Assembly (NCBI GenBank): GCA_945788205.1
Contig: CALZLE010000247.1
Span: forward strand, 1-43,325
Direction: 5' to 3'
DNA: 43,325 bases
From: an uncultured Desulfuromonadales bacterium
Lineage (GTDB): Bacteria > Desulfobacterota > Desulfuromonadia > Desulfuromonadales > Geopsychrobacteraceae
Within the stretch, counting starts at the first letter, position 1. Each line of letters begins with the position of its first letter. The position numbers were made by a program, and so were the translations under genes. Shown here piece by piece: positions 10,592 to 19,286 of the stretch. Under the pieces are notes generated by a model. The model saw only the letters and a list, made by a program, of their open reading frames with translations, had not been told where the DNA came from and made no database searches.

Positions 10592-10974
10592 TGAAAACAC
10601 CAGCTAACGCCAGTGCCGTCGAAGAGGCCTGCAAGGTCGTCTGTTTTAACGAGGAGCTGGTCAATGAGATAAAAGACGCCATGATCGCCGCGGAGGAACT
10701 GCGGGATCTTGCCGAGTTTTACAAGCTCCTCGGCAGTCCCGTCCGGCTGAAGATCATCTTCGCCCTGGGCAAGGGAGAGCTGTGCGTCTGTGACCTGGCC
10801 CACATCCTCGGCCTCTCCATGCCGGCGACCAGCCAACAGTTGAAACTGCTGCGCCAACAGGGGATCCTCAACCATCGCAACGACGGGCGCATGGCCTATT
10901 ATTCCCTGGCCAAACCCCGACTGTTCGAGGCGATTCAGGGCGATGTGACGTTCATTGAAAAAGGGCCGGACTGA
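10591..10974 (+). CDS. ArsR/SmtB-family metal-sensing repressor, CadC-like
   Basis: N-terminal CKVVC, RLKIIFAL, ELCVCDLA, SQQLKLLR, GRMAYYSL; TGATG coupling to the upstream gene. Confidence 0.92.
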   Translation: MKTPANASAVEEACKVVCFNEELVNEIKDAMIAAEELRDLAEFYKLLGSPVRLKIIFALGKGELCVCDLAHILGLSMPATSQQLKLLRQQGILNHRNDGRMAYYSLAKPRLFEAIQGDVTFIEKGPD

Positions 10975-11055
10975 AGCAGGGTCCGGCAGCGAATAATCGC
11001 AAACCTAAGGATCGAGTCGAAGCCGACAGCGACCAGGCCGCTTGACTCTCCAGCG

Positions 11056-11487
11056 CTACAGCCCCCCCCGATAAAGCCAGTCTGCATAGGTCTGGTCACT
11101 CCAGAAATTCTGGAAGGCGGCGATAACGGCCAGGCGTTGCGGTTTATTCAACTCAGCGGCAAAGCCGGGCATGGTGGCGCCGGGGTGGGTTCCCCCCTGG
11201 GCAATGGTTTCCTCAAGCGAATCCAACGAGTGATGCCACGAATGGCCGGAGCCGTTGAGCGGCTGCGGCGGATAGCTGCCATCGGCGTTCGGCCGGTCCC
11301 AGTTCGCTCCGCCCTGACCTTGCTCGCCGTGGCAGCCAGCACAGTAGCTGGCGTATAACGGCTGACCCGCGGCAACCTGTTCCGGCGTGAACCAGCGTTC
11401 CGAGGTCGGCTGCGGCGGCGCACAGCCCCAGAGACCGACAGCAACCGACAGAGCTGAAACCAAGACCAGAATCCTTTTTTGCATCAT
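11056..11487 (-). CDS. Monoheme c-type cytochrome lipoprotein
   Basis: Lipobox-like LWG-C, CAGCH heme motif, PLNGSGHSWHH, distal MPGF. Confidence 0.9.
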   Translation of the reverse strand: MMQKRILVLVSALSVAVGLWGCAPPQPTSERWFTPEQVAAGQPLYASYCAGCHGEQGQGGANWDRPNADGSYPPQPLNGSGHSWHHSLDSLEETIAQGGTHPGATMPGFAAELNKPQRLAVIAAFQNFWSDQTYADWLYRGGL

Positions 11488-11633
11488 ACTCGCCTCCCTT
11501 TTTAATCATTAAATTTTCTTCCGATCGATAAATCTGCATTCGAGATAATAACAGCGTGGCCGCTGAAGGACCAGAGCGAAATCCGCTCTATATTCTGGTC
11601 CAAGCTCCCTGAAGTATGTTATGAAATGCCGCT

Positions 11634-12355
11634 ATGAATCTACTTAGCCTGCACCATGTCTCTACGCCTTCGGCGGCCCCAGGCTGCTGAATTCTGCCAG
11701 TCTGCAGATTGAAGCGGGGGATCGCATCTGCCTGCTCGGCCGCAACGGCGCGGGAAATCGACTCTGCTGAAAATCGTCAACAACAGCCTGGCTGTCGATT
11801 CGGGGGAGATCACCCGTCAGCAGGGGCTCAGAACGGCACTTGTCCCTCAGGATTTTCCTGAAAACTGGACCGGCACGACCCATGCTTACCTTCGCGCTAT
11901 TGCACAGGCCAGCAACCTGGCTCCGGATATCGCGGCGTTGCAGATCAATCAGGCCCTCAGCCAACTGGAATTGAACCCGGACAGCGACCTCGAAAGCCTC
12001 TCCGGCGGCATCAAACGCCGGGTGTTGCTGGCGGCAGCGCTGATCCTTGATCCGGAATTACTGCTGCTCGACGAACCGACCAATCATCTGGATATCGAAA
12101 CGATCCAGTGGCTGGAAAACTTTCTGTTACGAATCCGCAAAACCCTGATCTTCATCAGCCACGACCAGGCTTTTGTCCGCAAGCTGGCGTCCCGGGTGGT
12201 CGAGGTCGATCGGGGACAACTGCAGGATTATCGCTGCAGCTACGACCAAGTACCTGGTTCGCCGCGAAGATGCGCTGAACAGCGAAGAGAAGGCCTGGGC
12301 CCGGTTTGACCAGAAGCTGGCCGAAGAACAGGCCAGGCAAGTGGCCGTGAAATAG
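11634..12355 (+). pseudogene. uup: Decayed uup-like ABC-F ATPase
   Basis: MNLLSLHHV../[71 protein letters not shown]; several frameshifts and the second ATPase domain is missing. Confidence 0.82.
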
Positions 12356-12406
12356 GCAAAAAACAATCAACTGTTTGTCGCCAACCAAAAGACCGGGGCA
12401 CACCTC

Positions 12407-12733
12407 TTGATCAGTTTCTCCCCGCTCAAGAATGGCGAAGCAGCGCCATCAGCCAAAACGGTTGCCATGTTCGCCGAAGGAGTCGTCGATGAAGGCTGGG
12501 ACGTTCTCTCCACCCGCCACGCTGTCACCGCAATAAAAGGAGCCAATACAGCCAGATGGTTTGCAATAGACTACACCCATGAAGGAGAAAAAGGCCTATT
12601 CATGGGGATTGTCGGTTTTGCTCACCCCTACTGGTTTTGGTTCTACGGCAACGATCATCTGAAAAATTCGTCGGATCGAGATTATCTGGAAAAGCTGATG
12701 CTCGGTATCGAAGTTCAGGCAGAGGCTGAATAA
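12407..12733 (+). pseudogene. Probable 3' fragment of an unknown gene
   Basis: 108-codon ORF without an RBS or ATG start; its open frame extends back to the TAG ending the uup remnant. Confidence 0.4.
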
Positions 12734-13132
12734 ATAAGCGTAAATTTCTGATAGTCTGGCAGACGGGCGTGCATTTAGGGGTTACCGCACTAAGCGGAAA
12801 AAAATGTACGGCTTTTGAAGAGGAATGTAGAAGCAAAAATAAATATCTGCGGCACCCTATATGGGCCAATGTCCAGGGATAGATGCGAAAAATGGTCAAC
12901 TTGTAACATAAGGAAGTCCCGCGCCGCGCCGGGGCTTCCTCGTATTGGATCTCAAAACTCCTAAGTTTCCAGACGTTCCGATCCCCCTCAAAATCCTACA
13001 ATTTTACTGATATGGGGTGGTGGGTTTGAAGCAAGAATTGATGGCGGGTTTGCGATCCAAACAGCTGGCGGAATTCATCAGAATATGCATTCTGTGAATA
13101 TTAACGACAAAAAAAACGGTTTTTGAACCTGT

Positions 13133-14005
13133 TCAACTCTTGACTTGCCAAGGGACTGTTTTGGCAAAATCGACAAATTTCATAATCTCGTCCAGATTTG
13201 AATTATCGGACCATTCGAAACCGATCTGCCGCTTTGTTTGCATTTCGGTCAAACCGAGCGTGGAAATAGACGTTGCGGAATAATGCTGCGGAATGATGGC
13301 AACGCCGATGCCAGACTCAACCAGAGAAATGGCTCTGTCATCCTGGTTCGTTTTGTAAACCACGTTCAAGCGAAGCCCTCTTCCTTTCAACAGTTCACCA
13401 ATAACGGCCCGGCTTTCACAGTGAGTTCGAGCGATAAATGGCTCTTTTGCCAATTCAGCAAAGCTGACAGCTTTACGCCCGCTTAAATGATGTCCGAGGG
13501 GCAAAGCAACAACGTATGGCTCACTAAACAATACATCCTGCCTTCCTGTTTTGCTTTTTCCTGCGCTAAGCCGCGTCAAAGCGAAATCGATACGTGCTTC
13601 TTTCTGGTAGGTTTCTATCTGATCTTGACTGGCATCTGTCACCTCGAGCAACAGTTCCGGATTCTCACGTCGATATTGCTCAATCAGGCTTGCCACCTGT
13701 TTAATGGCAAGCGTGCTGATCACACCGAGTCGCAAAGATCGTTGGACCTCATGGTGCTTTAATTCGGCCTTTGCCTGGGCACACTCAGCAATTATCAGCC
13801 TGGCCCGTCTGAGCAGTTTTTTTCCCGCAGGGGTGAGTAAGACACTGCGCTTGTTACGGATAAAGAGCTGAGTCCCCATCTCGTCTTCAAGCTTGGAAAT
13901 CGAGGCAGATAGTGCCGGCTGGGAAACAAAGGCCCGCTCTGCGCCTCGGGTAAAGCTCTCTGATTCCGCTGCTGCGACAAACTGTTTCAGTTGATGTAAC
14001 TCCAT
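13133..14005 (-). CDS. LysR-type transcriptional regulator
   Basis: SFTRGAERAFVSQPALSASISKLE..GTQLFIR HTH and a C-terminal substrate-binding domain; divergent from the SDR operon. Confidence 0.96.
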   Translation of the reverse strand: MELHQLKQFVAAAESESFTRGAERAFVSQPALSASISKLEDEMGTQLFIRNKRSVLLTPAGKKLLRRARLIIAECAQAKAELKHHEVQRSLRLGVISTLAIKQVASLIEQYRRENPELLLEVTDASQDQIETYQKEARIDFALTRLSAGKSKTGRQDVLFSEPYVVALPLGHHLSGRKAVSFAELAKEPFIARTHCESRAVIGELLKGRGLRLNVVYKTNQDDRAISLVESGIGVAIIPQHYSATSISTLGLTEMQTKRQIGFEWSDNSNLDEIMKFVDFAKTVPWQVKS

Positions 14006-14008
14006 GTC

Positions 14009-14055
14009 ATAGCCTTTGACTATCGTTAAGATAACTACAATCGATTTGAGTTATC
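14009..14055. promoter_or_regulatory. LysR binding sites
   Basis: ATAG-N7-CTAT (T-N11-A box) at 14009-14023 and inverted repeat GATAACT...AGTTATC at 14030-14055. Confidence 0.65.
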
Positions 14056-14139
14056 ATAGCAGTGAGTGGTATTTATGACAAGACAGCTCGAAAAACACGA
14101 AAGTCCAGGGACTTTCGCTTTGCGGGGAAGGATGTCGTG

Positions 14140-14874
14140 ATGGCCAACACAAAGAAACAAAATGTCGCTCTCATCATAGGTGCAGGAGACCATCTCGGGG
14201 CTGCTATCGCTAAACGATTTGGGCAAGAAGGGTTTCATATCGTCGCAACCAGAAGAAGAGGCGATTTGACAAGCCTGATCAGTGAAATTGAAAAATCTGG
14301 CTCAACCGCACACGGATTCCATTCAGATGCTCGAAATGAGGACCAGGTCGGCGAACTGTATGAAAAAGTAGAATCTGAAATCGGACCCATCGATGTTGTT
14401 GTCTTCAATGTCGGTGGCAATGTGCGCTTCGGTATTGCCGAAACGACCCCACGCGTTTATCGAAAATCTTGGGAAATGTGCGCCTTTGCAGGCTTTCTCG
14501 TCGGCCGGGAAGCCGCTCTCAGAATGCTGCCGCGAGGATCAGGAACCATTCTCTTTACCGGAGCGTCCGCAAGTCTCCGCGGATCAAATGGATTTGCTGC
14601 ATTTTCCGGGGGAAAACACGCCCTTCGCGCTCTCGCTCAAAGCATGGCGAAAGAGCTGGGGCCTCAGGGCATTCATGTGGGCCATGTCGTCGTCGATGGG
14701 TTGATTGAAAATCGTTCAACCGAAGAACTGTTCCCAGAGCTGGTTGCTTCTAAAGCGGAAGATGGAATTATCCAACCCGACCATCTGGCAGAAATTTACT
14801 GGCAATTGTACGCGCAACCACGCACTGCCTGGACTTTTGAAATCGATGCCAGGCCATATTGCGAGCCCTGGTAA
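14140..14874 (+). CDS. Short-chain dehydrogenase/reductase
   Basis: IIGAGDHLGAAIA Rossmann motif, FTGASASLRG, FSGGKHALRALAQSMAKELGP. Confidence 0.93.
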   Translation: MANTKKQNVALIIGAGDHLGAAIAKRFGQEGFHIVATRRRGDLTSLISEIEKSGSTAHGFHSDARNEDQVGELYEKVESEIGPIDVVVFNVGGNVRFGIAETTPRVYRKSWEMCAFAGFLVGREAALRMLPRGSGTILFTGASASLRGSNGFAAFSGGKHALRALAQSMAKELGPQGIHVGHVVVDGLIENRSTEELFPELVASKAEDGIIQPDHLAEIYWQLYAQPRTAWTFEIDARPYCEPW

Positions 14875-14905
14875 GTTTCGTGATCACTTTTGATTGGAGA
14901 ATACG

Positions 14906-15493
14906 ATGAGCAAAACGGTCGATTTTTATTATGATTATGGCAGCACGGCCTCTTATCTGGCCTGGACGCAACTACCGGAAATCTGCGCAAAAGCAGGCGC
15001 GACGATCAATTACAAACCGATGCTGTTGGGCGGTGTTTTCAAGTCGACCGGCAATACCAGCCCGCTGCTGGTTGAGGCCAAGGCAGCCTATCTCAAAAAA
15101 GATATCACGCGCTACGTCGAATACTACGACATCCCCTTTTCGATGAATCCCCATTTTCCACTGAACACGGTCAGCATTATGCGCGGCGCCATGTGGGCCG
15201 CAGCGACCGAGCATCTGGAGCATTACAACAAGGCGATGTTTGAAGCGGTCTGGGTCGAACAGAAAAACATGGCGGATCCGGACGTTGTTACCCAGGTTCT
15301 GGAGGCTGCTGGCTTTAAATCCGGGCCGATTATCGAAGCAACAGGGCAGACAGACATTAAAAAGGCGCTGATCGATGCGACCAACGAAGCAGTCGAGCGG
15401 GGTGTCTTTGGTGCCCCGACCATGTTCGTCGGAGGTGAAATGTTCTTCGGTCAGGATCGCCTGGATTGGGTGAAAAAAGCGCTCAACGGCTAA
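14906..15493 (+). CDS. 2-hydroxychromene-2-carboxylate isomerase / kappa-class GST (DsbA family)
   Basis: VDFYYDYGSTASYLA, PMLLGGVFK, GVFGAPTMFVGGEMFFGQDRL. Confidence 0.9.
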   Translation: MSKTVDFYYDYGSTASYLAWTQLPEICAKAGATINYKPMLLGGVFKSTGNTSPLLVEAKAAYLKKDITRYVEYYDIPFSMNPHFPLNTVSIMRGAMWAAATEHLEHYNKAMFEAVWVEQKNMADPDVVTQVLEAAGFKSGPIIEATGQTDIKKALIDATNEAVERGVFGAPTMFVGGEMFFGQDRLDWVKKALNG

Positions 15494-15509
15494 CAGAAAA
15501 GGAGGAGTG

Positions 15510-15908
15510 ATGCCGCACTTACAGTTTGAAATCAATCGTCGCCTGAAAGATGAAGAGAAGATCGCTTTCCATGCAGAGGTCCGACAACTCTTCTCCGAAA
15601 TCATGGATACGGGCACCGACCATATCTGCATCTCGATTCGTGAATACGGCACCCACAACCTGTCTATCGGACGGGTAAAAGATCCGGCAAAAGGTGTTGC
15701 AGTGGTCAATGCCGACATCCGCGAGGGTCGCACCATGCAGCAGCGCAGAGACCTGGCCCTTGGATTTATGGAGCTGATGTACCAGCACTGGAGGGTTACG
15801 AAAGAGCAGATGTACGTAACCCTGACCGAACACAAGGGAGAAGATTTTCATCTACTGGAAAAATACCTGGCGAGTTGGGAAGAAGGCGAAGATCCGCTGG
15901 CGGATTAG
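15510..15908 (+). CDS. Tautomerase superfamily protein (double beta-alpha-beta, N-terminal Pro)
   Basis: M-PHLQFEIN start (Pro1), IREGRTMQQRRDLA, YVTLTEH; AGGAGG RBS. Confidence 0.8.
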   Translation: MPHLQFEINRRLKDEEKIAFHAEVRQLFSEIMDTGTDHICISIREYGTHNLSIGRVKDPAKGVAVVNADIREGRTMQQRRDLALGFMELMYQHWRVTKEQMYVTLTEHKGEDFHLLEKYLASWEEGEDPLAD

Positions 15909-16054
15909 TTTTTTGCTGAAGCATATATGAGAAGGAATATTGCTGCCGAGGGTCTATCTCGGCGGTGGCTACCGCGAGAGCATAGATTCGGAAATTTAAG
16001 CCACGCACTCTAAATAGACGGACCGGCAAACAGGCCGATCAACAGGAGCCTCTC

Positions 16055-16741
16055 ATGCAGACAACCCTCGCGTTTGATGTTTATGGAACCTTGATCGACA
16101 CACATGGCGTCCTTACAGCGCTGACAGATTTAGTTGGAGACAAGGCACACGCATTTTCTCAAACCTGGCGCGACAAGCAGCTAGAATACTCTTTCCGTCG
16201 TGGACTGATGCAAAACTACGCACCCTTCGCCGTTTGCACCAGCCAAGCCCTCGATTACACCTGCGAATTTTACAAAACACCGCTGACTCCAGCGCAAAAA
16301 AATGACTTGCTCGGAATTTACCGCGAACTTCCGGCCTTTGAGGACGTCGAGGAAGGACTGTTAGCGTTGCAGGGTGTGGGATTCCGTCTTTTTGCTTTTT
16401 CCAATGGTGAGGTTGCTGCTCTTGAGAAACTGCTGAGCACAGCAAACATCAGAGAGCTGTTTCTCGATCTCGTCAGCGTCGACCCCCTTAAATCTTTCAA
16501 GCCGAACCCCGCCGTCTATGCTCATTTCTTGAGACAGTCTCAGGCTACGGGAGAAAACGCGTGGCTCGTATCGAGCAACCCATTTGATGTTATCGGATCG
16601 ATCTCTGCGGGGATGAAAGCGGCCTGGGTGAAACGATCTGCTGATGCGGTTTTTGATCCTTGGGGAATCGAACCGACAATAACAGTGAGCAATCTTCTTC
16701 AACTCAAAGAGGAGCTGAGGAAACAATCCATCCCTCACTGA
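16055..16741 (+). CDS. L-2-haloacid dehalogenase type II (HAD superfamily)
   Basis: AFDVYGTLID, WRDKQLEYS, FSNG, FKPNPAVY, LVSSNPFDVIG. Confidence 0.9.
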   Translation: MQTTLAFDVYGTLIDTHGVLTALTDLVGDKAHAFSQTWRDKQLEYSFRRGLMQNYAPFAVCTSQALDYTCEFYKTPLTPAQKNDLLGIYRELPAFEDVEEGLLALQGVGFRLFAFSNGEVAALEKLLSTANIRELFLDLVSVDPLKSFKPNPAVYAHFLRQSQATGENAWLVSSNPFDVIGSISAGMKAAWVKRSADAVFDPWGIEPTITVSNLLQLKEELRKQSIPH

Positions 16742-16746
16742 TTCGA

Positions 16747-16781
16747 AAGAAAAAGGGCGACCCGACGGATCGCCCTTTTTT
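16747..16781. terminator. Bidirectional terminator
   Basis: AAAAAGGGCGA-CCCGACGGA-TCGCCCTTTTT with A and T runs on both sides. Confidence 0.85.
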
Positions 16782-16837
16782 CTACTTCACGCCACCGCGC
16801 AGATAGTCGACCAGTACCCGCACGCCGAAACCGGTGC
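16782..16837 (-). repeat. Second copy of the pepA 3' end (TGFGVRVLVDYLRGGVK*)
   Basis: 16798-16837 is identical to 20517-20556 (40 bp) and continues in frame to a TAG at 16784-16782. Confidence 0.95.
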
Positions 16838-16856
16838 TACTTTTTCGTTGATCGTG

Positions 16857-19286
16857 CTAGCCCGCTTCCCCGTCGGGGGAAGATAAGACCACACCGGATG
16901 ACACCGAGCGGATATGCAGATCGTGCTGAGAAAAGGGAATTTCAATGTCCGCTTCACGGAAACGCTTGTCGATATAAAGCAACAATTCGTTTTTGATGCG
17001 TGGCCGATGATCGACATTCGCAATCCAAACTCGCAGCTCAAAGTCGAGTGAGCTAGCCCCGAACTGCACAAACAACGGCGAAGGCTTTGGATTGCCAAGA
17101 ACTTCGAGGTGCTGCAACCCGGCTTCAAGCAGAATCGCCAGCACCTGCTCCAGATCACTCCCGTAGGCAACACCAACCGGAACCACCAACCGTATTCGCC
17201 GGTTTGAAAGGGTCCAGTTGGTAACCTTCTGGGAAATCATCTGCGAGTTGGGAACGATCAACTCAGCTTCATCCAGATTCTGGACTACCGTCGAGCGCAT
17301 ACCGATACGCACAACAGTGCCATATTCGCCATCAATAACGACTCCATCGCCGACCTTGATCGGCCGTTCGAACAACAGAATCAGACCTGAGAGAAAATTA
17401 TTAACGATATCCTGTAGCCCAAAACCGATACCGACCCCAAAGGCACCGAGCAGGACAACAAAATTCTGCAGCCCCATACCAAGCATGCTCAAGGCGAGCA
17501 AAAAACCGACCAACACGATCGCATAGTGCATAAGCTTTTTGACTGCATCGCGCACCCCTCGATCAACGTTGCGCCGGGCCAGAATCTGGGTCTCTGCCAT
17601 CCCTTGTAAAACCCAGGAAATCTGCAGCGCCAAGTAAAAAGCTATGCCTGCCGAACCGAGCATCTGCATAGAAAGGCCCAAGGTGCCGATGTCGAAAGTC
17701 AGCTCGGTCAAATATTCCCAACCGTCATTGATCGTCGCAAACAGCCGCCAGACCGGCAGTAAATAAATCAGCGCGAACCCGTAAATGAGAAACCTCAGCA
17801 GTCGCTTCACCCTTAAGGTCAGCTCCAGTCCGTATTCTCGAAAAAAGCTCTGATTCGACTGCACCAGCAGCGTATTACCGAGATCGAGGCCACCAGAGAC
17901 CAGTGTTACGGACATCTTGGCAAACAGGATGACGATGCCAGATTCAAATGTTGCTTGAATCAGCCAGGTTGAAAAATTCATAAACCCGGTAATTTGACCG
18001 ACAAAACTGACGATAAGCACAATGATCGCCAATCTCGACAGCGCCCTAAATCCACGACCCTCCCCTCTAGAACAGGACCATTTTGACTGAGTTATTTTTA
18101 CAACCAGCAGCGGAATCAGAAGCATCGCCAGCAAAGCGATATAGGTTCTAAACAGAGGCTGGGGCAAAGAGATAAGACGAAAGGCATTGGTCACCAACAC
18201 GACTGTGGCAGCGAGAACCAGCATCCCCCGCTGGCGATTGTTTGCCAGCATCGACAAGGTCAAAAGCGTGGCGGAGAAAACCGCGACTAACAAAAATGCA
18301 AAACGAAACAGTGGAGGCGGAGCGGGCATCCAGATCCAGGAAATCGCAACCATCAAAAAAGCAGCGGCAGAAAGAGGACGCTGCAGAATGAAGAGCCATT
18401 CGTCAGCTTCCTGCAATTTATTGCGATATAACCGCAGCAGCCAGACAATGACAAAAAACAGCAGCCCCATCAATCCGGCCCGCCAACCATTCTCCTGCAG
18501 GTAACGGGGATTGAATTTTACCGCAACAGCCACCCCTTCTGATGCCTGATCGACCAGCTTATCGTTAAATTGCTGGTAAAATTCCACGCTGAAAAAGGAA
18601 TAGGCATTGCGCCGAAAAGTCGCCTTTCGTAATTTTCCCAGAGCCTGTGTCAGAGTCTCGTTGACGGTCAAAATTTCGCGATCGAAAGCACCGACCTTTT
18701 CCTGTAACTGCAGTAATTGATCAGAGGTTTTTTTCAGAGAATTGCTGAGTTGCTGCAAAAGCTTATTGACCTGCTCTATCGTCTGTTTCGGCAGCTTAAC
18801 ATCCTGCGTTTTCAGCTCTTTTTCCCAGGCATCCCAAAACAATTTATCTTTTTCAGCCTGAATACGGATCTTCTCAGTGATCAACTGCCGGTCGGCCAAC
18901 TTCTGCTGCAAGCTGGAAAGCCCCTGCCGAATCTGCAAGAAACGGTTGGAGTAGTGGTTCAGACGATCAACATACCAATCTTCAGGTGAACCGAGGGGCG
19001 CCATCTCCTCGACCGTCTTTTTGAACTGATCAGAAATCGTCGTGAAGTTTTCCTTCTGCGTTGACAGCTCAGTCAGTTGCAGCAGCCGTTCTTCTGACTT
19101 GGCAACAAAATCTGCTAACACCGATGAGCGGGGACCCAATTCTCCGAGGCCTGGAAAAGCAGCACCTGCGGCTTCAACTGCTGCTTCAACTGCAACTTTA
19201 TCCTCAGCACTCGGCTCCGCCGCCCAGAATGGTACGGGGTAACTGAATACCAACAACAGCAATGTGGGTAATATTTTTAAAACCAT
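16857..19286 (-). CDS. Large MscS/MscK-family mechanosensitive channel
   Basis: Signal peptide, coiled coil, many TMs, GVGIGFGLQDIVNNFLSGLILLFERPIKVGD, IVPNS, VGVAYGSD. Confidence 0.93.
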   Translation of the reverse strand: MVLKILPTLLLLVFSYPVPFWAAEPSAEDKVAVEAAVEAAGAAFPGLGELGPRSSVLADFVAKSEERLLQLTELSTQKENFTTISDQFKKTVEEMAPLGSPEDWYVDRLNHYSNRFLQIRQGLSSLQQKLADRQLITEKIRIQAEKDKLFWDAWEKELKTQDVKLPKQTIEQVNKLLQQLSNSLKKTSDQLLQLQEKVGAFDREILTVNETLTQALGKLRKATFRRNAYSFFSVEFYQQFNDKLVDQASEGVAVAVKFNPRYLQENGWRAGLMGLLFFVIVWLLRLYRNKLQEADEWLFILQRPLSAAAFLMVAISWIWMPAPPPLFRFAFLLVAVFSATLLTLSMLANNRQRGMLVLAATVVLVTNAFRLISLPQPLFRTYIALLAMLLIPLLVVKITQSKWSCSRGEGRGFRALSRLAIIVLIVSFVGQITGFMNFSTWLIQATFESGIVILFAKMSVTLVSGGLDLGNTLLVQSNQSFFREYGLELTLRVKRLLRFLIYGFALIYLLPVWRLFATINDGWEYLTELTFDIGTLGLSMQMLGSAGIAFYLALQISWVLQGMAETQILARRNVDRGVRDAVKKLMHYAIVLVGFLLALSMLGMGLQNFVVLLGAFGVGIGFGLQDIVNNFLSGLILLFERPIKVGDGVVIDGEYGTVVRIGMRSTVVQNLDEAELIVPNSQMISQKVTNWTLSNRRIRLVVPVGVAYGSDLEQVLAILLEAGLQHLEVLGNPKPSPLFVQFGASSLDFELRVWIANVDHRPRIKNELLLYIDKRFREADIEIPFSQHDLHIRSVSSGVVLSSPDGEAG

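Noticed and set aside
8331-11487. Selenocysteine (UGA) readthrough in the Cys-rich metal genes, prompted by selU
   Set aside because: The TGA stops fall at natural protein ends and none sits in a redox or metal motif position
16787-17176. 129-aa minus-strand ORF crossing the mscS end and the repeat
   Set aside because: Alternative frame of mscS, and not in the frame of the duplicated pepA tail
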